Below, piece by piece: positions 8,309-18,924 of a stretch of DNA of 64,000 nucleotides (its first letter is position 1; every line of letters begins with the position of its first letter). The position numbers and the translations under genes are program-made. This DNA comes from Gemmatimonadota bacterium. Lineage in GTDB: Bacteria > Gemmatimonadota > Gemmatimonadetes > Gemmatimonadales > GWC2-71-9. The notes beneath the pieces were generated by a model. The model saw only the letters and a list, made by a program, of their open reading frames with translations, did not search any database and had not been told where the DNA came from. The DNA lies in the NCBI GenBank assembly GCA_039656555.1, contig JBDHLU010000003.1, positions 3,452-67,451 of the forward strand. Reading direction: 5' to 3'.

Positions 8309-10639
8309 TCAGGTTTCCGCAGAACCGTCGCCAATGAGCATTGCGTCGACGGTCATGTGGGTCACCCTGGACCTACGACGATCTTGTGTTACGCACCAGG
8401 CGTGGATCTTTTCCGGCACGAGTTCGTTCGTGAGCGCCACGAGTTGACGCTCACGTCCAATCCGCAGGCCCGCGGCTATTCGATCCAACGCCTCGTTGAT
8501 CAGGTCCACAGTGGTTGCGTTACGAAGCAGTGACGCGGCGCGGGCGGCGAGCATCAACCGGCGAGAGATAACGCGGGCTGGAACACCAACCGGCATGTCA
8601 TGGGCAATCCGGAGCCGGTCTCGTAGATAAGCGAGAAGTGGCCCTGCCCACTTCAACGCAACGGCGCCATCGAGGGGCCGACAGGATGTGAGTCGATCGG
8701 CCAATTCCCGCAGTTCGCCAAAATTTTCGATTGGGAAGGCTTGCGACCCGTGCAGCCCGACTACCTCGGGAATCGAACCCTGCTCGGTGTGCCAACTGAT
8801 AGCAGCGACCAATCCGCGGGGCCCGGCCACGACGGCGAAACAGGAACCTGTATCATCAGACGGGCGGTGGTCGTTGCAGAACATCTCACGCGCTTCCAAA
8901 CCGTGGTTCCAAACGGAGGATCGGCCGACTCGACTCGTGGCTGGAACGCTGGTCTCGACTTGGATTTTTGCCTTGTCGGCGACCCGTTGCCGCAGTCGGA
9001 GACGTGCGTCGAGTGGCGGTGGGGGACAGAACCACCAGACGTGGGCGATCGCATGCCGTGTGCCGAGACGTCGGATTCTGCCGAGCCGTTGCGAAAGACG
9101 CAGGGGCGTCCAGGGCAAGTCATAGTGGATGATTGCGTCGGAGTCCTGCAGATCCAAGCCTTCGCTCACCATGTCGGTGGCGATCAATGTTCGCAGGGAC
9201 AGGTGCCGAGGCGGAGGGCCCGTCTTTCGCGCGGTAGGCGAGAAAAGATCCAAGGCTTTCTGCACGGTGCATCTACCGGTAGCGATCCATGCGTGGCCTC
9301 CGCTGACGACGGCAGTGTGACTCCAATTCAGTTGCCGCGCGAGGTGGATGGCGGTTGCCGTCGCCGATGTGAACACGATGGTGCTGTCGGCACAACGAGC
9401 TTGGAGAAGTTTGACGGCGGCGGCCGCCTTGGGATCGCATTCGTGTCGTAGCGCTCGATGGTGTAGCAATGCGTCCACGCGCTCTCGCTCCGCTCGCAGG
9501 TCTGCGGGATCGACGGGAGTTCCATTCGCAAACAATCCCATCTCGAGTTGTAGTTCGTCTCCGTGGCCGAATAGGCGCGTTGACTCGGCACGCGACAGGC
9601 GCGTGCCGGTCATGGCCGCTGCAGTGGCTCGATCGACGTATGCAAGATGGCGACGCAACGTCTCCCGGGCGGCCGCTGCTGAAGAAGACAGGCGATAGAA
9701 CAAGTGGTTGCGTAAGAGTGACCGGGCTGCAGGGTTGTCGAACGATGGGAACCTCAAGGCCTCGATGTGATCGATGAGGTCTTCCACCGTGGATTCCGGA
9801 ACGGGCGGCAGTTCGATGAGCTGGTAGTCCACGGCGGTCGGCAGGTGTTCGTCCGGAATACGAGCGGCTTTGGGCGACCGCGCGACCATAATGGGTGCCA
9901 GGGCCCTCTGCACTCTGGCGGGCTCCGCTTCCACGACCTCTTGCAGGGATGGAATGCCAAGAGTAGCGAATGCCGAATCGGGGAGAAACAGGCGGAGGAC
10001 GTTCACCAAGTCGCTGAGGCCATTGACGAGCGGCGTAGCCGTGACGGCCAGGATGTCGGCGTTGCCGATGTCGTGCGCCAGTCTATCGTAGCGGCGAGTG
10101 GCGGCGTTTCTGAATCGATGTGCCTCGTCAATGATGATGAAATTCGCGGGCGGTAGGCAATTCCCCCGACTCAGGCTTTCATGGGAATGCAACGTCACCG
10201 GAACGCCAAGCGAGTGGGCGGTCGTTTCCCATTGGGGCAGCAGCACTGCAGGTACGGCTGCGACCGCAGATTGGTAACGAGAGGCAATAGCCAACGCGAC
10301 GTACGTTTTTCCAAGGCCCACTACGTCGGCCAACAACGCCCCCCCGAATTCCCGTATCGAACCGACGAGCCGCTGAGCAGCGGATCGTTGGTGGGGCATG
10401 AGCCAATGTGGTGGTCTCCAGTGCGTTGCAACGGGTCCCGCCATGGCGACCCGCAATGTTTCGAAGACGCGTTCCGGCGTTGTCCGCTGGGCACCTTCGA
10501 GTTTCCAGTGGAGCGGTTCCCGGACGATTCGGAGATCAGTTCCGCTCAGAGAGAGCCATGGTGCGGAGGCGTGCCTGTGTTGCTGTACTGATGTCCAACG
10601 CTTCCGCGACGACTTCGTCGAGCTCGTTTTGTTCGACAT
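8309..10639 (-). CDS. SNF2/DEAH-box superfamily-2 helicase with uncharacterised C-terminal region
   Basis: Motifs [19 protein letters not shown] (I), [11 protein letters not shown] (II), [10 protein letters not shown] (III) and [14 protein letters not shown]...[10 protein letters not shown] (V/VI). The last 250 aa or so have no motif I recognise. The longest ORF overlaps the methyltransferase gene by 104 nt. ATG 10444 (MAGPVATHW...) is an alternative start. Confidence 0.8.
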   Translation of the reverse strand: MSNKTSSTKSSRKRWTSVQQHRHASAPWLSLSGTDLRIVREPLHWKLEGAQRTTPERVFETLRVAMAGPVATHWRPPHWLMPHQRSAAQRLVGSIREFGGALLADVVGLGKTYVALAIASRYQSAVAAVPAVLLPQWETTAHSLGVPVTLHSHESLSRGNCLPPANFIIIDEAHRFRNAATRRYDRLAHDIGNADILAVTATPLVNGLSDLVNVLRLFLPDSAFATLGIPSLQEVVEAEPARVQRALAPIMVARSPKAARIPDEHLPTAVDYQLIELPPVPESTVEDLIDHIEALRFPSFDNPAARSLLRNHLFYRLSSSAAAARETLRRHLAYVDRATAAAMTGTRLSRAESTRLFGHGDELQLEMGLFANGTPVDPADLRAERERVDALLHHRALRHECDPKAAAAVKLLQARCADSTIVFTSATATAIHLARQLNWSHTAVVSGGHAWIATGRCTVQKALDLFSPTARKTGPPPRHLSLRTLIATDMVSEGLDLQDSDAIIHYDLPWTPLRLSQRLGRIRRLGTRHAIAHVWWFCPPPPLDARLRLRQRVADKAKIQVETSVPATSRVGRSSVWNHGLEAREMFCNDHRPSDDTGSCFAVVAGPRGLVAAISWHTEQGSIPEVVGLHGSQAFPIENFGELRELADRLTSCRPLDGAVALKWAGPLLAYLRDRLRIAHDMPVGVPARVISRRLMLAARAASLLRNATTVDLINEALDRIAAGLRIGRERQLVALTNELVPEKIHAWCVTQDRRRSRVTHMTVDAMLIGDGSAET

Positions 10640-13604
10640 ATTGTTGTGAGTGTGCGCGTTTGCTGATCGAGATCGCTGACGTCAGTCGTGCAGAATCGAC
10701 AGGGATTGGAATTCGGTCCATCACGCGGGCGTTCAATCGTCGGTACCCACCGCGCGCTTCATCTGACGCCGAGCGGACGTACGGTATTACCCAGGTAGAG
10801 TTCAATACAGCGGTTATGATGTGAGCCTCTCGTTCAGATGGCGCTGCCGCGCAGTAGCACGTGTTGAGGGGCAGAACGGCTTGGCTTGAAGCCGCCTCCA
10901 GATAGACGGCTCGCGGATGCCGTGCGAGATCAGGCCATACCACACGGTGAGCGGCGCACGCGGCACCGGTTCGGAACACCGCCCAAAGTGGGCCGGTGTT
11001 GTAGTCCGCCCGTGCCCTCAGTGCCGATGCGTTGGCGGCGATGTATACGTGTGCCAACTCAGGGATTCTTTGGAGTGGAACACCCTCATGATCGCACGCC
11101 CACAAAAGGACCTTGACGGTCGAAAGTCCGAAAGGCCGAACATCTCGGCCACGTATCACGGGTCGGAGTACGCGGCCTTCAGTCCACACCTCGGATGTGG
11201 CGAACTGCACGAGGGTCAGTTTCCCGCGCCTTTGAATGGGCGTACCCACAAAAATACCGTCCGCGCCTGTCTTGACACCCAGGGCAGACCGTGTCAGGGC
11301 AGAGAGAGGTGGCGCAGATTCAAGGAAGTCGCCTATAGCCCGCAGGTCGTGGTCCGGGCGGAGGATCCATGGTCCGGCACGCCGCAGCGAGGATTGACGG
11401 ACGGTAGCCTTCGTCTCAAAACTCAGCCGGACTCTGTGTCGTGGCGGTGGGGTCGACCGGCGCAAGATGATCACGAGCGGATAGGTCGTGGCGCCGAATT
11501 GTTCCGATTGGTGTTCCGGTACGCGGTGGAGGTATTCGAGGGTCGTTTCTCGCACGAGCGTCTGACGGGCGGGTTCACCGTACCCTGAGCTCGTGATTTT
11601 GCTGGGCACCAAGAGAGCCATAACGCCATTTGGTCGGGTGAGTTCCAATCCCCGCTCGACGAATGCCAAGGCGAGATCCGGCAGGTGCGCGTATCCTCTC
11701 CGCCCCGTCGCCTGCCACCAGCGGAAGCGTCGTTTTAACGAAACACGGGCCTCCTTGGATAACCGTTCCGCCCTGACCCATGGAGGGTTTCCAATCACGA
11801 CGTCAAACCCGCCGCGAGCCATAGCCTGAGGCGCATGGACCTCGAACGCGAAGAACGGGATTTGGTTCTCCGAAACTGCCTTCTGTGATCGTTCGAGATG
11901 CTTAACGCTCGACACGAGCCCGTTTCGCATCCGTTGTTGCTCGGCGGTCAATGGGCGGGTGACACCAAACAAATCAGGAGTCGTTTGCAACGTGTCGAGT
12001 TCGCGAAGTCGTACGGCACACGCCGAGCTCGACCGTTCCAGTAACCGGTTGGCCAGGTCGGCTTCGCGATGGCGGAGTTCGCGCATGAGTTTGCGATACT
12101 TGGTGCCCCGCGCGTCGAACAGACGACGACGACAGTTCTCGATGTCCCGCGCTTCAGATGATGCAGACACGAGATCGATGGATACGAATGCACGAGTCGC
12201 CGACACCGGATCCATCAGAGTGTCCCCCTGGCGGACGATGCCGTCGAGGTTCGGAAGTGGTGCAATCTCGCCGATTGTCGTTTCGGGATCATCAGCGATG
12301 ATCGCTAGCCAAAGGCGCAGTTCCGCTAGACGTATGGCCGTCGGGTCGAGGTCCACGCCAAACAGGTTCTGCTCGAGTAGGTGACGGCGAAGGCGCGATC
12401 GGTTCACCGGCTTGTCTGGAGAAAGCTGGACCCACAACGCCGTGAGGTGGTCCAATGCGCCTAGCAGGAAGGCACCCGATCCGCACGCGGGATCGAGGAT
12501 CCGCATCTCGCGTAGACGTTGTCGCAACTTGCCACGGTCTGGTTTGCCGGATCGAAGCATTTCCATGAGGGAATGACAGTGGGATCCACCCTCGAGCACC
12601 GCCTTGTCGATTGCGGTCGTCACGACATGGTGAACCAGTTCTTCTGGCGTGTAGAACGTGCCACTGGTGAGTCGTTGTTGGGTTTCCATGAGACGTTCGA
12701 ACACGTGCCCAAGCATATCTGGGGCGATGGCGTCCACTTCATCCGCTTCGCGGACGCAAAACCGAAACCGCTCGAACACGTCGTCGAATGCTCGACACCA
12801 GATCTCATTGGAAAAGTGTCGGTGGGGCATCCGCTGCTCGACTGGGTGCATCTCGAAGAGCCCACCGTTCAGGTAGGGAATGTCGTTGAAGCGTGACGTC
12901 CGGCGCTTTGCCGGGGGTTGGTTCAGTGTGCCGAAAAAGAGTTCGTCGAGTATCGCAGAGTGAAAGCTCTCCCCAACGGCGAGCGCTCTATCCAACTGCT
13001 TTCGCAAGAAGCGTCTTTCGCCGTTCAGCCATCCTTTGGCCTGAACGAAGTACAGGAAGAGAATTCGTGTCAGAGCCAGGAGGGTGACTTGGCGGCGGTC
13101 GCTCATGCGGTATCGGTTGTCCAAGGATGCCACCATCTCATCGAGGAGTTGACGAAACGCCCGAAAGAAACGGTCTCCCGCTGCTTCTGTCCGAAGGAGT
13201 TCACTGAGCCGGATTGCGTGGCTGAGGGCATTGGCCTCAGGGTCGGGACGGAGCGCTTCGACGAAATCCAGCTGTTCTCTCGTTGGCTCTTCGAGCGGGA
13301 TGGCGTAGGCCTTGGTTGTTGCGGTCTCTCCGATGTGTGGGGCGGCGAGGCAAAGCCTGCCCTGTCCGAGTGAAACAGCCAGACCGCGTTCGCCGAGTCG
13401 ACCGATGGTCCGAGCCAGCGCCCGCGCGGCTGGCGCGGGGTCACTAGACTGAACGGCGATGATCCGAAACCCTCTCCAGCGGGCAACTGTGGATGCCGCG
13501 TCATGGAAGGGCAGCAACTGCGGTTCGTATCCGAGCGCCGTGAATAGATCCGGCAAGTTCTCAACGGTTTCTACCCGTCGCAAGATTGAAGCGGTCCCGA
13601 GCAT
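10536..13604 (-). CDS. Large gamma-class N6-adenine DNA methyltransferase (Eco57I/PglX-like) with TaqI_C-like specificity region and no visible nuclease
   Basis: 1022 aa. Motifs [14 protein letters not shown] (N-terminal helical region), [24 protein letters not shown] (SAM motif I), VVIGNPPWV (motif IV, nt about 11781-11795) and [13 protein letters not shown] in the C-terminal target-recognition-like part. Confidence 0.85.
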   Translation of the reverse strand: MLGTASILRRVETVENLPDLFTALGYEPQLLPFHDAASTVARWRGFRIIAVQSSDPAPAARALARTIGRLGERGLAVSLGQGRLCLAAPHIGETATTKAYAIPLEEPTREQLDFVEALRPDPEANALSHAIRLSELLRTEAAGDRFFRAFRQLLDEMVASLDNRYRMSDRRQVTLLALTRILFLYFVQAKGWLNGERRFLRKQLDRALAVGESFHSAILDELFFGTLNQPPAKRRTSRFNDIPYLNGGLFEMHPVEQRMPHRHFSNEIWCRAFDDVFERFRFCVREADEVDAIAPDMLGHVFERLMETQQRLTSGTFYTPEELVHHVVTTAIDKAVLEGGSHCHSLMEMLRSGKPDRGKLRQRLREMRILDPACGSGAFLLGALDHLTALWVQLSPDKPVNRSRLRRHLLEQNLFGVDLDPTAIRLAELRLWLAIIADDPETTIGEIAPLPNLDGIVRQGDTLMDPVSATRAFVSIDLVSASSEARDIENCRRRLFDARGTKYRKLMRELRHREADLANRLLERSSSACAVRLRELDTLQTTPDLFGVTRPLTAEQQRMRNGLVSSVKHLERSQKAVSENQIPFFAFEVHAPQAMARGGFDVVIGNPPWVRAERLSKEARVSLKRRFRWWQATGRRGYAHLPDLALAFVERGLELTRPNGVMALLVPSKITSSGYGEPARQTLVRETTLEYLHRVPEHQSEQFGATTYPLVIILRRSTPPPRHRVRLSFETKATVRQSSLRRAGPWILRPDHDLRAIGDFLESAPPLSALTRSALGVKTGADGIFVGTPIQRRGKLTLVQFATSEVWTEGRVLRPVIRGRDVRPFGLSTVKVLLWACDHEGVPLQRIPELAHVYIAANASALRARADYNTGPLWAVFRTGAACAAHRVVWPDLARHPRAVYLEAASSQAVLPLNTCYCAAAPSEREAHIITAVLNSTWVIPYVRSASDEARGGYRRLNARVMDRIPIPVDSARLTSAISISKRAHSQQYVEQNELDEVVAEALDISTATQARLRTMALSERN

Positions 13605-13676
13605 GGGACCACTGTAAGAAGGAAATTGAGAAGGACCGTCGCCAGAACATCGCGACGACGTACCAGAATCACGCGA

Positions 13677-14198
13677 TCACGATCGTAGGCTTCGTGCCTG
13701 CTCCAGGTCGATGTCCCGGGCAATGGGCGGTGGCCAACTACCCGTCTTCACCTGCAGGTCGATCAATGCCCGCTCGTTCTTGATCCGCTTGTACGTATGG
13801 TTGTCGATGATCTTCGATCGCACCGCTGCTTTCAGCTCGTCTTCATCCAACCACGCAGGGTCACCATTCACCGGTTGCCAGAGATCTAGAAACAAGTCGC
13901 GTGTTCGCCAGTTGGTTCCATCTATTTCCACGGGGGTGCACAGGTTGGTATACCATCCCGTGTGGTTACCATCTGCGTCGTGAAAACGGCCAACGTCATG
14001 CCACGTTTCCGGGAAGACATACCATACGACAGGGGCGCCTGAGGCGAGAATGATCTTGCCGTCGACAACAACGTCATCGTCGTCGAATCGTTCGAGCAGC
14101 AAAACCTTGGTGTCTCCCCGATCCAGTACCAACCATTCGTCGAAGCGTGTGACGCTCTTGCCGGGTCGGTCGTAGTGGAGGTGTATGAGTTCAGTCAT
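13677..14198 (-). CDS. DUF402-domain protein (FomD/Ntdp-like nucleoside phosphatase fold)
   Basis: 173 aa. The WYTNLCTPVEIDG...DLFLDLW pattern is typical of DUF402. Confidence 0.65.
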   Translation of the reverse strand: MTELIHLHYDRPGKSVTRFDEWLVLDRGDTKVLLLERFDDDDVVVDGKIILASGAPVVWYVFPETWHDVGRFHDADGNHTGWYTNLCTPVEIDGTNWRTRDLFLDLWQPVNGDPAWLDEDELKAAVRSKIIDNHTYKRIKNERALIDLQVKTGSWPPPIARDIDLEQARSLRS

Positions 14199-14275
14199 TG
14201 GCCCAAGCTAGCGTCCTTCGCGGCCACGGCCAGCGCGGTATATTCGAGATTCCTCCCGAAGCCCGGAGCATTCCA

Positions 14276-14545
14276 ATGCCCCACATCGTCTTCACGACGC
14301 ACCTGGAACGACACGTGAACTGTCCAGCAAGGAACGTGGACGGAAGCACGGTCAAAGAGGTCTTGGAAGCGGTGTTCGCGGACAACGATCGCGCCCGGGC
14401 CTATGTGCTCGACGAGCAGGGAGCCTTGAGGCATCATATGGTGATCTTCGTAAACGGCCGTGCGGTGAAGGATCGCGAGCGATTGCTGGATCACGTGCCA
14501 GATGACGCGGAGTTGTACGTGATGCAAGCCCTGTCTGGAGGATAG
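14276..14545 (+). CDS. MoaD/ThiS-family ubiquitin-like small protein ending in Gly-Gly
   Basis: MPHIVFTTHLERHV...VIFVNGRAV...DDAELYVMQALSGG-stop. GGAG lies 7 nt upstream of ATG 14276. The longest ORF begins at 14198. Confidence 0.65.
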   Translation: MPHIVFTTHLERHVNCPARNVDGSTVKEVLEAVFADNDRARAYVLDEQGALRHHMVIFVNGRAVKDRERLLDHVPDDAELYVMQALSGG

Positions 14546-14546
14546 G

Positions 14547-15665
14547 ATGAGCGACAAGATCCACGTGGGTACCCGGAAGGGGCTGTTCACCATCGTTCGC
14601 GATGGCAGTGGTGGGTGGGATGTGGCGCGGTCGGCGTTTCTGTCCGACAACGTGCCGATGGTGCTCGCCGATTTTCGTACCGACACGATCTTTGCGGCGC
14701 TTGCGCACAGTCACTTTGGTGGGAAGCTTCACCGTTCCACGGACGGTGGGACGACTTGGGAAGAAGTGAATACGCCCGCGTATCCGGAAAGGCCCGAAGG
14801 GACGGAGCCGGACCGCGATGCGTTCGGCCGCGAAATTCCTTGGAATCTCAAGTTGATCTGGGAGCTGACGGCTGGTGGTGCCGATCAACCGGACGTCCTT
14901 TGGTGCGGCACGCTACCGGGCGGATTGTTCAAGAGCACCGATAGGGGCACGTCGTGGCACCTCGTGACATCTCTATGGGAGGATCCCCGTCGCAAGGAAT
15001 GGTTTGGCGGTGGGTACGACTACCCCGGCATTCACTCCATTACGGTCGACCCGCGCGACTCGAACCGCGTCGTGCTCGGGGTGTCGTGTGGCGGCGTCTG
15101 GGAGACTTTGAACGGCGGTGACTCGTGGGACCTTAGGGCCGACGGTCTGTGGGCGGAGTACATGCCGCCCGACCGCCGTGACGACCCGACGATTCAGGAT
15201 CCGCATCGTGTAGTTAGGTGCGCGGCTGAGCCCGATGCGATGTGGACGCAACATCACAACGGCGTCTTCCGCACGACCGATGCAGCCGCATCGTGGCGGG
15301 AAATCAAGGATGTACCACCTTCCAACTTTGGGTTTGCAGTTGCCGTGCATCCTACCGATCCTGACACCGCCTGGTTCGTTCCGGCGGTCGATGACGAATC
15401 GCGTATCCCCGTGGACGGACAGGTAGTCGTGTCACGCACGACGGACGGCGGGGCTTCTTTCGACGTGCTACGGGAAGGGCTTCCGCAGCATCACGCGTAT
15501 GATCTAGTGTTCCGACACGCGCTCGACGTCGATATGACGGGCGAGCGTCTCGTGTTCGGGAGTACGACGGGATCGTTGTGGGTTTCGGAAGACAGCGGTG
15601 ATTCGTGGATTACGGTGGCGACCCATTTGCCGCCGATATACTGCACCCGCTTTGTAGAGCCCTAG
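14547..15665 (+). CDS. BNR/Asp-box repeat beta-propeller protein (sialidase-like fold)
   Basis: 372 aa with repeated S-x-D-x-G-x-T-W motifs (STDGGTTW, STDRGTSW, LNGGDSW, TTDAAASW, TTDGGASF, SEDSGDSW). ATG is 1 nt after the stop of the MoaD-like gene. Confidence 0.7.
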   Translation: MSDKIHVGTRKGLFTIVRDGSGGWDVARSAFLSDNVPMVLADFRTDTIFAALAHSHFGGKLHRSTDGGTTWEEVNTPAYPERPEGTEPDRDAFGREIPWNLKLIWELTAGGADQPDVLWCGTLPGGLFKSTDRGTSWHLVTSLWEDPRRKEWFGGGYDYPGIHSITVDPRDSNRVVLGVSCGGVWETLNGGDSWDLRADGLWAEYMPPDRRDDPTIQDPHRVVRCAAEPDAMWTQHHNGVFRTTDAAASWREIKDVPPSNFGFAVAVHPTDPDTAWFVPAVDDESRIPVDGQVVVSRTTDGGASFDVLREGLPQHHAYDLVFRHALDVDMTGERLVFGSTTGSLWVSEDSGDSWITVATHLPPIYCTRFVEP

Positions 15666-17068
15666 AGTTCGTCGTCGTCCACTTCGAAATCCCCTCCCAC
15701 CGATGCCGGAGGTGGTATGGGATGGGGCTCGTCGAAATCGACGATCGGATTGGGTTCTTGGAACTCGGAGAGTTTCATCACTGTGAGCGCGTCGAAACTC
15801 GCCAGTGAATCGCGCGCGCCTGCCTCAGTAGTGTGTTCGGCCTTCAGGTTTCCTAACCACGCGTTCATGAAACCGTCCAACACGCCCCGCTCGATCAGGA
15901 AGACCAAGGCTGCACAACTCACAATGCTGATGAAGATGGTTGGATAGACCACCGCCAGAATGGTGTCACCGGTTGCCAAGCCGCGCTGGAGCGGAATCCC
16001 TGCTAGTACAGCCGACGCCAACCCCTTCGGTACCAGCGCTCCCATGAGGGCTCCGTCACGCCGAGAAGTTGTCCGTGGTGTAAGTAGCCGGACCACTGGA
16101 GCCCGGGCTAGCAACACGACCAGAACGAGGGCCGCTGCGACGAGAAAGTCCGAGAGGCGTGTGAATGTCATCGAAGCGCCGAGGTAGACGAAGAAAAACG
16201 TCTTTACCAGGAACACGGCTTCGCCGAAGAATGCTGTTTCGTGATCTGTGAGTGGATTCAGCCGGAACGAGAACACTCGACCGAGCAAGTGCTCGGGGAA
16301 GTTCGGAAAATTGGCGACCGCTACACCGAATGCCAAGGCTGCTATCGCTCCGCTGTATCCGAGCAGCTCAGCCGTGCCATAGAGGATGAAGACGTATGCA
16401 ATTGTCGTGAATACGGTGTTGGGTACACGCCGAACTCGGTCCAGGATTGCCGACCACAGAAACGCACCTAGCGTACCGATGAGGCCAGCCACGAAGAACG
16501 AAGCAGCAATGTTGAGCAGGAGACCAAACCCCGACATGGCCGTGCTCTGCGTGAGCAGCGCCTCGAGGAGCCCCAAGCTCAGCACGATGACGAGCACATC
16601 GGTTAGCGCCGATTCCAAGAACAGGATGACGCTGGGCAACTCCCCCATCTTGAGTACGCGGATGAGCGGGACCACCACGGCGGCCGACGTGCCTCCCAGG
16701 ATGGTGCCGAGGAGGAGCGCGGTCTGGAAATCGATGGGGAGCAACCAATCTGCGACGTACGCGATCAATAACACGGTCAAGAAAAAGGTGCCCAGCGATA
16801 TGGCGAGGGTGTCACGCGCGGCTCTTCGCAGATGCCGGATGTTCAAGTGCACGCCACCTTCGAACAGAATGATGATGAGAGCGAGGGTGGTGAAGACCGG
16901 ACCAATCTTGCCGAAGTCCGCTGGATCGACGATGTCGGTTCCGGGGCCAAGGGCGATCCCGGCGAGCATGAGTATCAGAACATCCGGAACCTTGGTACGC
17001 CGGAAGAAGTCGGCGAGGAAATGGCCGAAGAAGACCAGCAGTCCGATGCTCAGGATTGTGACTGCCAT
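15662..17068 (-). CDS. Cation:proton antiporter (CPA1 Na+/H+ exchanger family)
   Basis: 468-aa polytopic protein with a Na_H_Exchanger-like N-terminus (LLVFFGHFLADFFRRTKVPDVLILMLAGIALGP) and an acidic cytoplasmic tail. Confidence 0.85.
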   Translation of the reverse strand: MAVTILSIGLLVFFGHFLADFFRRTKVPDVLILMLAGIALGPGTDIVDPADFGKIGPVFTTLALIIILFEGGVHLNIRHLRRAARDTLAISLGTFFLTVLLIAYVADWLLPIDFQTALLLGTILGGTSAAVVVPLIRVLKMGELPSVILFLESALTDVLVIVLSLGLLEALLTQSTAMSGFGLLLNIAASFFVAGLIGTLGAFLWSAILDRVRRVPNTVFTTIAYVFILYGTAELLGYSGAIAALAFGVAVANFPNFPEHLLGRVFSFRLNPLTDHETAFFGEAVFLVKTFFFVYLGASMTFTRLSDFLVAAALVLVVLLARAPVVRLLTPRTTSRRDGALMGALVPKGLASAVLAGIPLQRGLATGDTILAVVYPTIFISIVSCAALVFLIERGVLDGFMNAWLGNLKAEHTTEAGARDSLASFDALTVMKLSEFQEPNPIVDFDEPHPIPPPASVGGDFEVDDDEL

Positions 17069-17074
17069 GCGCCG

Positions 17075-18916
17075 TTACTCCTCGAAGCGTCCGCCCATAT
17101 GCTTGGCGAGAAACCGTTCCGCCGCCGCATAGAACTTCAGCCGATTCTCCGGTTTGGCAAATCCATGGCCTTCATCTGGGAACAGCAGGTACTCATGGTC
17201 GATGCCGTTGGTCTTCATGGCTGCTACGATCTGCTCGGATTCTGACTCTTTGACCCGCGGGTCATTGGCACCTTGTGCAATGAGCAGAGGAATCCGAATT
17301 CGATCTACGTGATTGAGCGGCGACCGTGAGTCGAGAAGCTCCTTGTCCCTTTCAGGGTGGCCGACACGCCGGTGTAGCATCTCGAGGTAACTCTCCCAAT
17401 AGGGAGGAATCGTCTCGATGAATGTGATCAGATTGCTCGGTCCAACGATGTCCACAGCGCATTTGAAGAGGTCGGGTGTAAAGGTCGCGCCGACGAGGGC
17501 CGCATATCCACCGTACGAGCCTCCGTAGATCGCGATCCGATCTCTTTCTGCCACACCCTGGTCGACGGCCCATTGGACCGCGTCGACCAGATCGTTGTGC
17601 ATGTTGCCGCCCCACTCTTTGTCCCCGGCGTTTAGGAAGGCCTTTCCGTAGCCGGTCGATCCGCGAAAATTGATTTGCAAGCACGCGTACCCACGGTTCG
17701 CAAGCCACTGAGCCTCCGGATCGTAACCCCACACGTCGCGATGCCACGGACCGCCGTGGACGAGCAACACCATCGGTAGTCTCTGGTCTTCGAAGCCGGG
17801 AGGCACCGTCAAATAGCCGTGAACCGTGAGCCCATCGCGTGAGGCGAACGATATCGGCTGCATCGAGGCGAGCGCATATTTGGCCAGAGCGGGACGGTTG
17901 TAGAAGAGAAACGTAGACCTACCCGTTGCTCGGTCGTATCGATGGTACGATACCGGTCGATCGTCCTCCGTGAAGCCGACGATCCATGTGCTATCGTCGA
18001 GGGTGCGCGAGTGAATCCCGAAATCGCCAGGGTTCAGTGCTCGCACAGCATCGATGTCGTTACGTATCGACTCGTCGAAAACCTCCCACTCTTCGTGCGT
18101 TCGAACCCACGCTACCATCTGAATCTCTCTCGTGTCCGGATGTATCAACACGTCAGCGACGTCATAGTCGGGGTCGCCGGCGATTTTTGTTCTTTTGCCG
18201 GATTCGATATCAATCTGGTAAAGTTGCGCCGCGTTGGCGTCGGTCGAATCGACGACGTAGAGAGCCGTGCCGTTCTTGGTGAACCCAATTGGTGCACTAG
18301 TCATCGCATCGTCGGGTTTCCATTCCAGAAACTGCCGCCACTCGTCGTCGGCCGTACCGCGAACACGGAGTTCCATTCCGCCATCAGCGGTAGATGCCAT
18401 AGCCGCGCGAACGCGCAAATCACTGTCGGCGGTCCATCCAACGACATCCCCCGGGTTCTTGGCGACGAGTTTCAACTCGTTCGTGCGAAGGTCGAGACGG
18501 TACACATCGTGGAAGCGCTCGTCGTCCTTGTTGAGTCCAATGAGCAGCTCGTGTGGGTGTCCCTTGTCACGGCCCACCACCTGCACCTGGACCTTATCGA
18601 ACGGAGTGAGATCGACGATGTCGTTGTTCGTCAGATCGACTTTGTACAAACGCCAGTTCTCGTCACCGCCTTTGTCCTGCAGGTACAGCAGATGGCGGCC
18701 GTCGTAGGCCCAGAAATAGAGTCGCACCCCGCGATCCGTGTCCTGGGTGACAGGTGCATATGTGTTAGAATCGAGCTTGCCCACCCAGACGTTCAGTACG
18801 CCATCCACCGGGGCGAGATAGGCCATTCGCGTTCCGTCGGGCGAGATTTGCGGATCCGCTTTCTCGGGGTTGCCAAAGATCGTCTCACGCGGAATGAGGG
18901 GAGGCAGGTCGGTCAC
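17075..18916 (-). CDS. S9 family prolyl oligopeptidase / acylaminoacyl peptidase
   Basis: Beta-propeller N-terminal half followed by an alpha/beta hydrolase domain with IYGGSYGGYAAL (GxSxG) and PLLIAQGANDPRV...DEGHGF. I prefer GTG 18916 (VTDLPPLIPRE...), which avoids overlap with the upstream gene. The longest ORF extends to 19048. Confidence 0.85.
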   Translation of the reverse strand: MTDLPPLIPRETIFGNPEKADPQISPDGTRMAYLAPVDGVLNVWVGKLDSNTYAPVTQDTDRGVRLYFWAYDGRHLLYLQDKGGDENWRLYKVDLTNNDIVDLTPFDKVQVQVVGRDKGHPHELLIGLNKDDERFHDVYRLDLRTNELKLVAKNPGDVVGWTADSDLRVRAAMASTADGGMELRVRGTADDEWRQFLEWKPDDAMTSAPIGFTKNGTALYVVDSTDANAAQLYQIDIESGKRTKIAGDPDYDVADVLIHPDTREIQMVAWVRTHEEWEVFDESIRNDIDAVRALNPGDFGIHSRTLDDSTWIVGFTEDDRPVSYHRYDRATGRSTFLFYNRPALAKYALASMQPISFASRDGLTVHGYLTVPPGFEDQRLPMVLLVHGGPWHRDVWGYDPEAQWLANRGYACLQINFRGSTGYGKAFLNAGDKEWGGNMHNDLVDAVQWAVDQGVAERDRIAIYGGSYGGYAALVGATFTPDLFKCAVDIVGPSNLITFIETIPPYWESYLEMLHRRVGHPERDKELLDSRSPLNHVDRIRIPLLIAQGANDPRVKESESEQIVAAMKTNGIDHEYLLFPDEGHGFAKPENRLKFYAAAERFLAKHMGGRFEE

Positions 18917-18924
18917 ACGAATCC

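Noticed and set aside
10444-10639. The 104-nt overlap between the methyltransferase and helicase ORFs as evidence of programmed recoding
   Set aside because: It is more simply explained by the ORF track reporting the longest possible ORF. The helicase core (LMPHQ...) begins after ATG 10444, which would remove the overlap.
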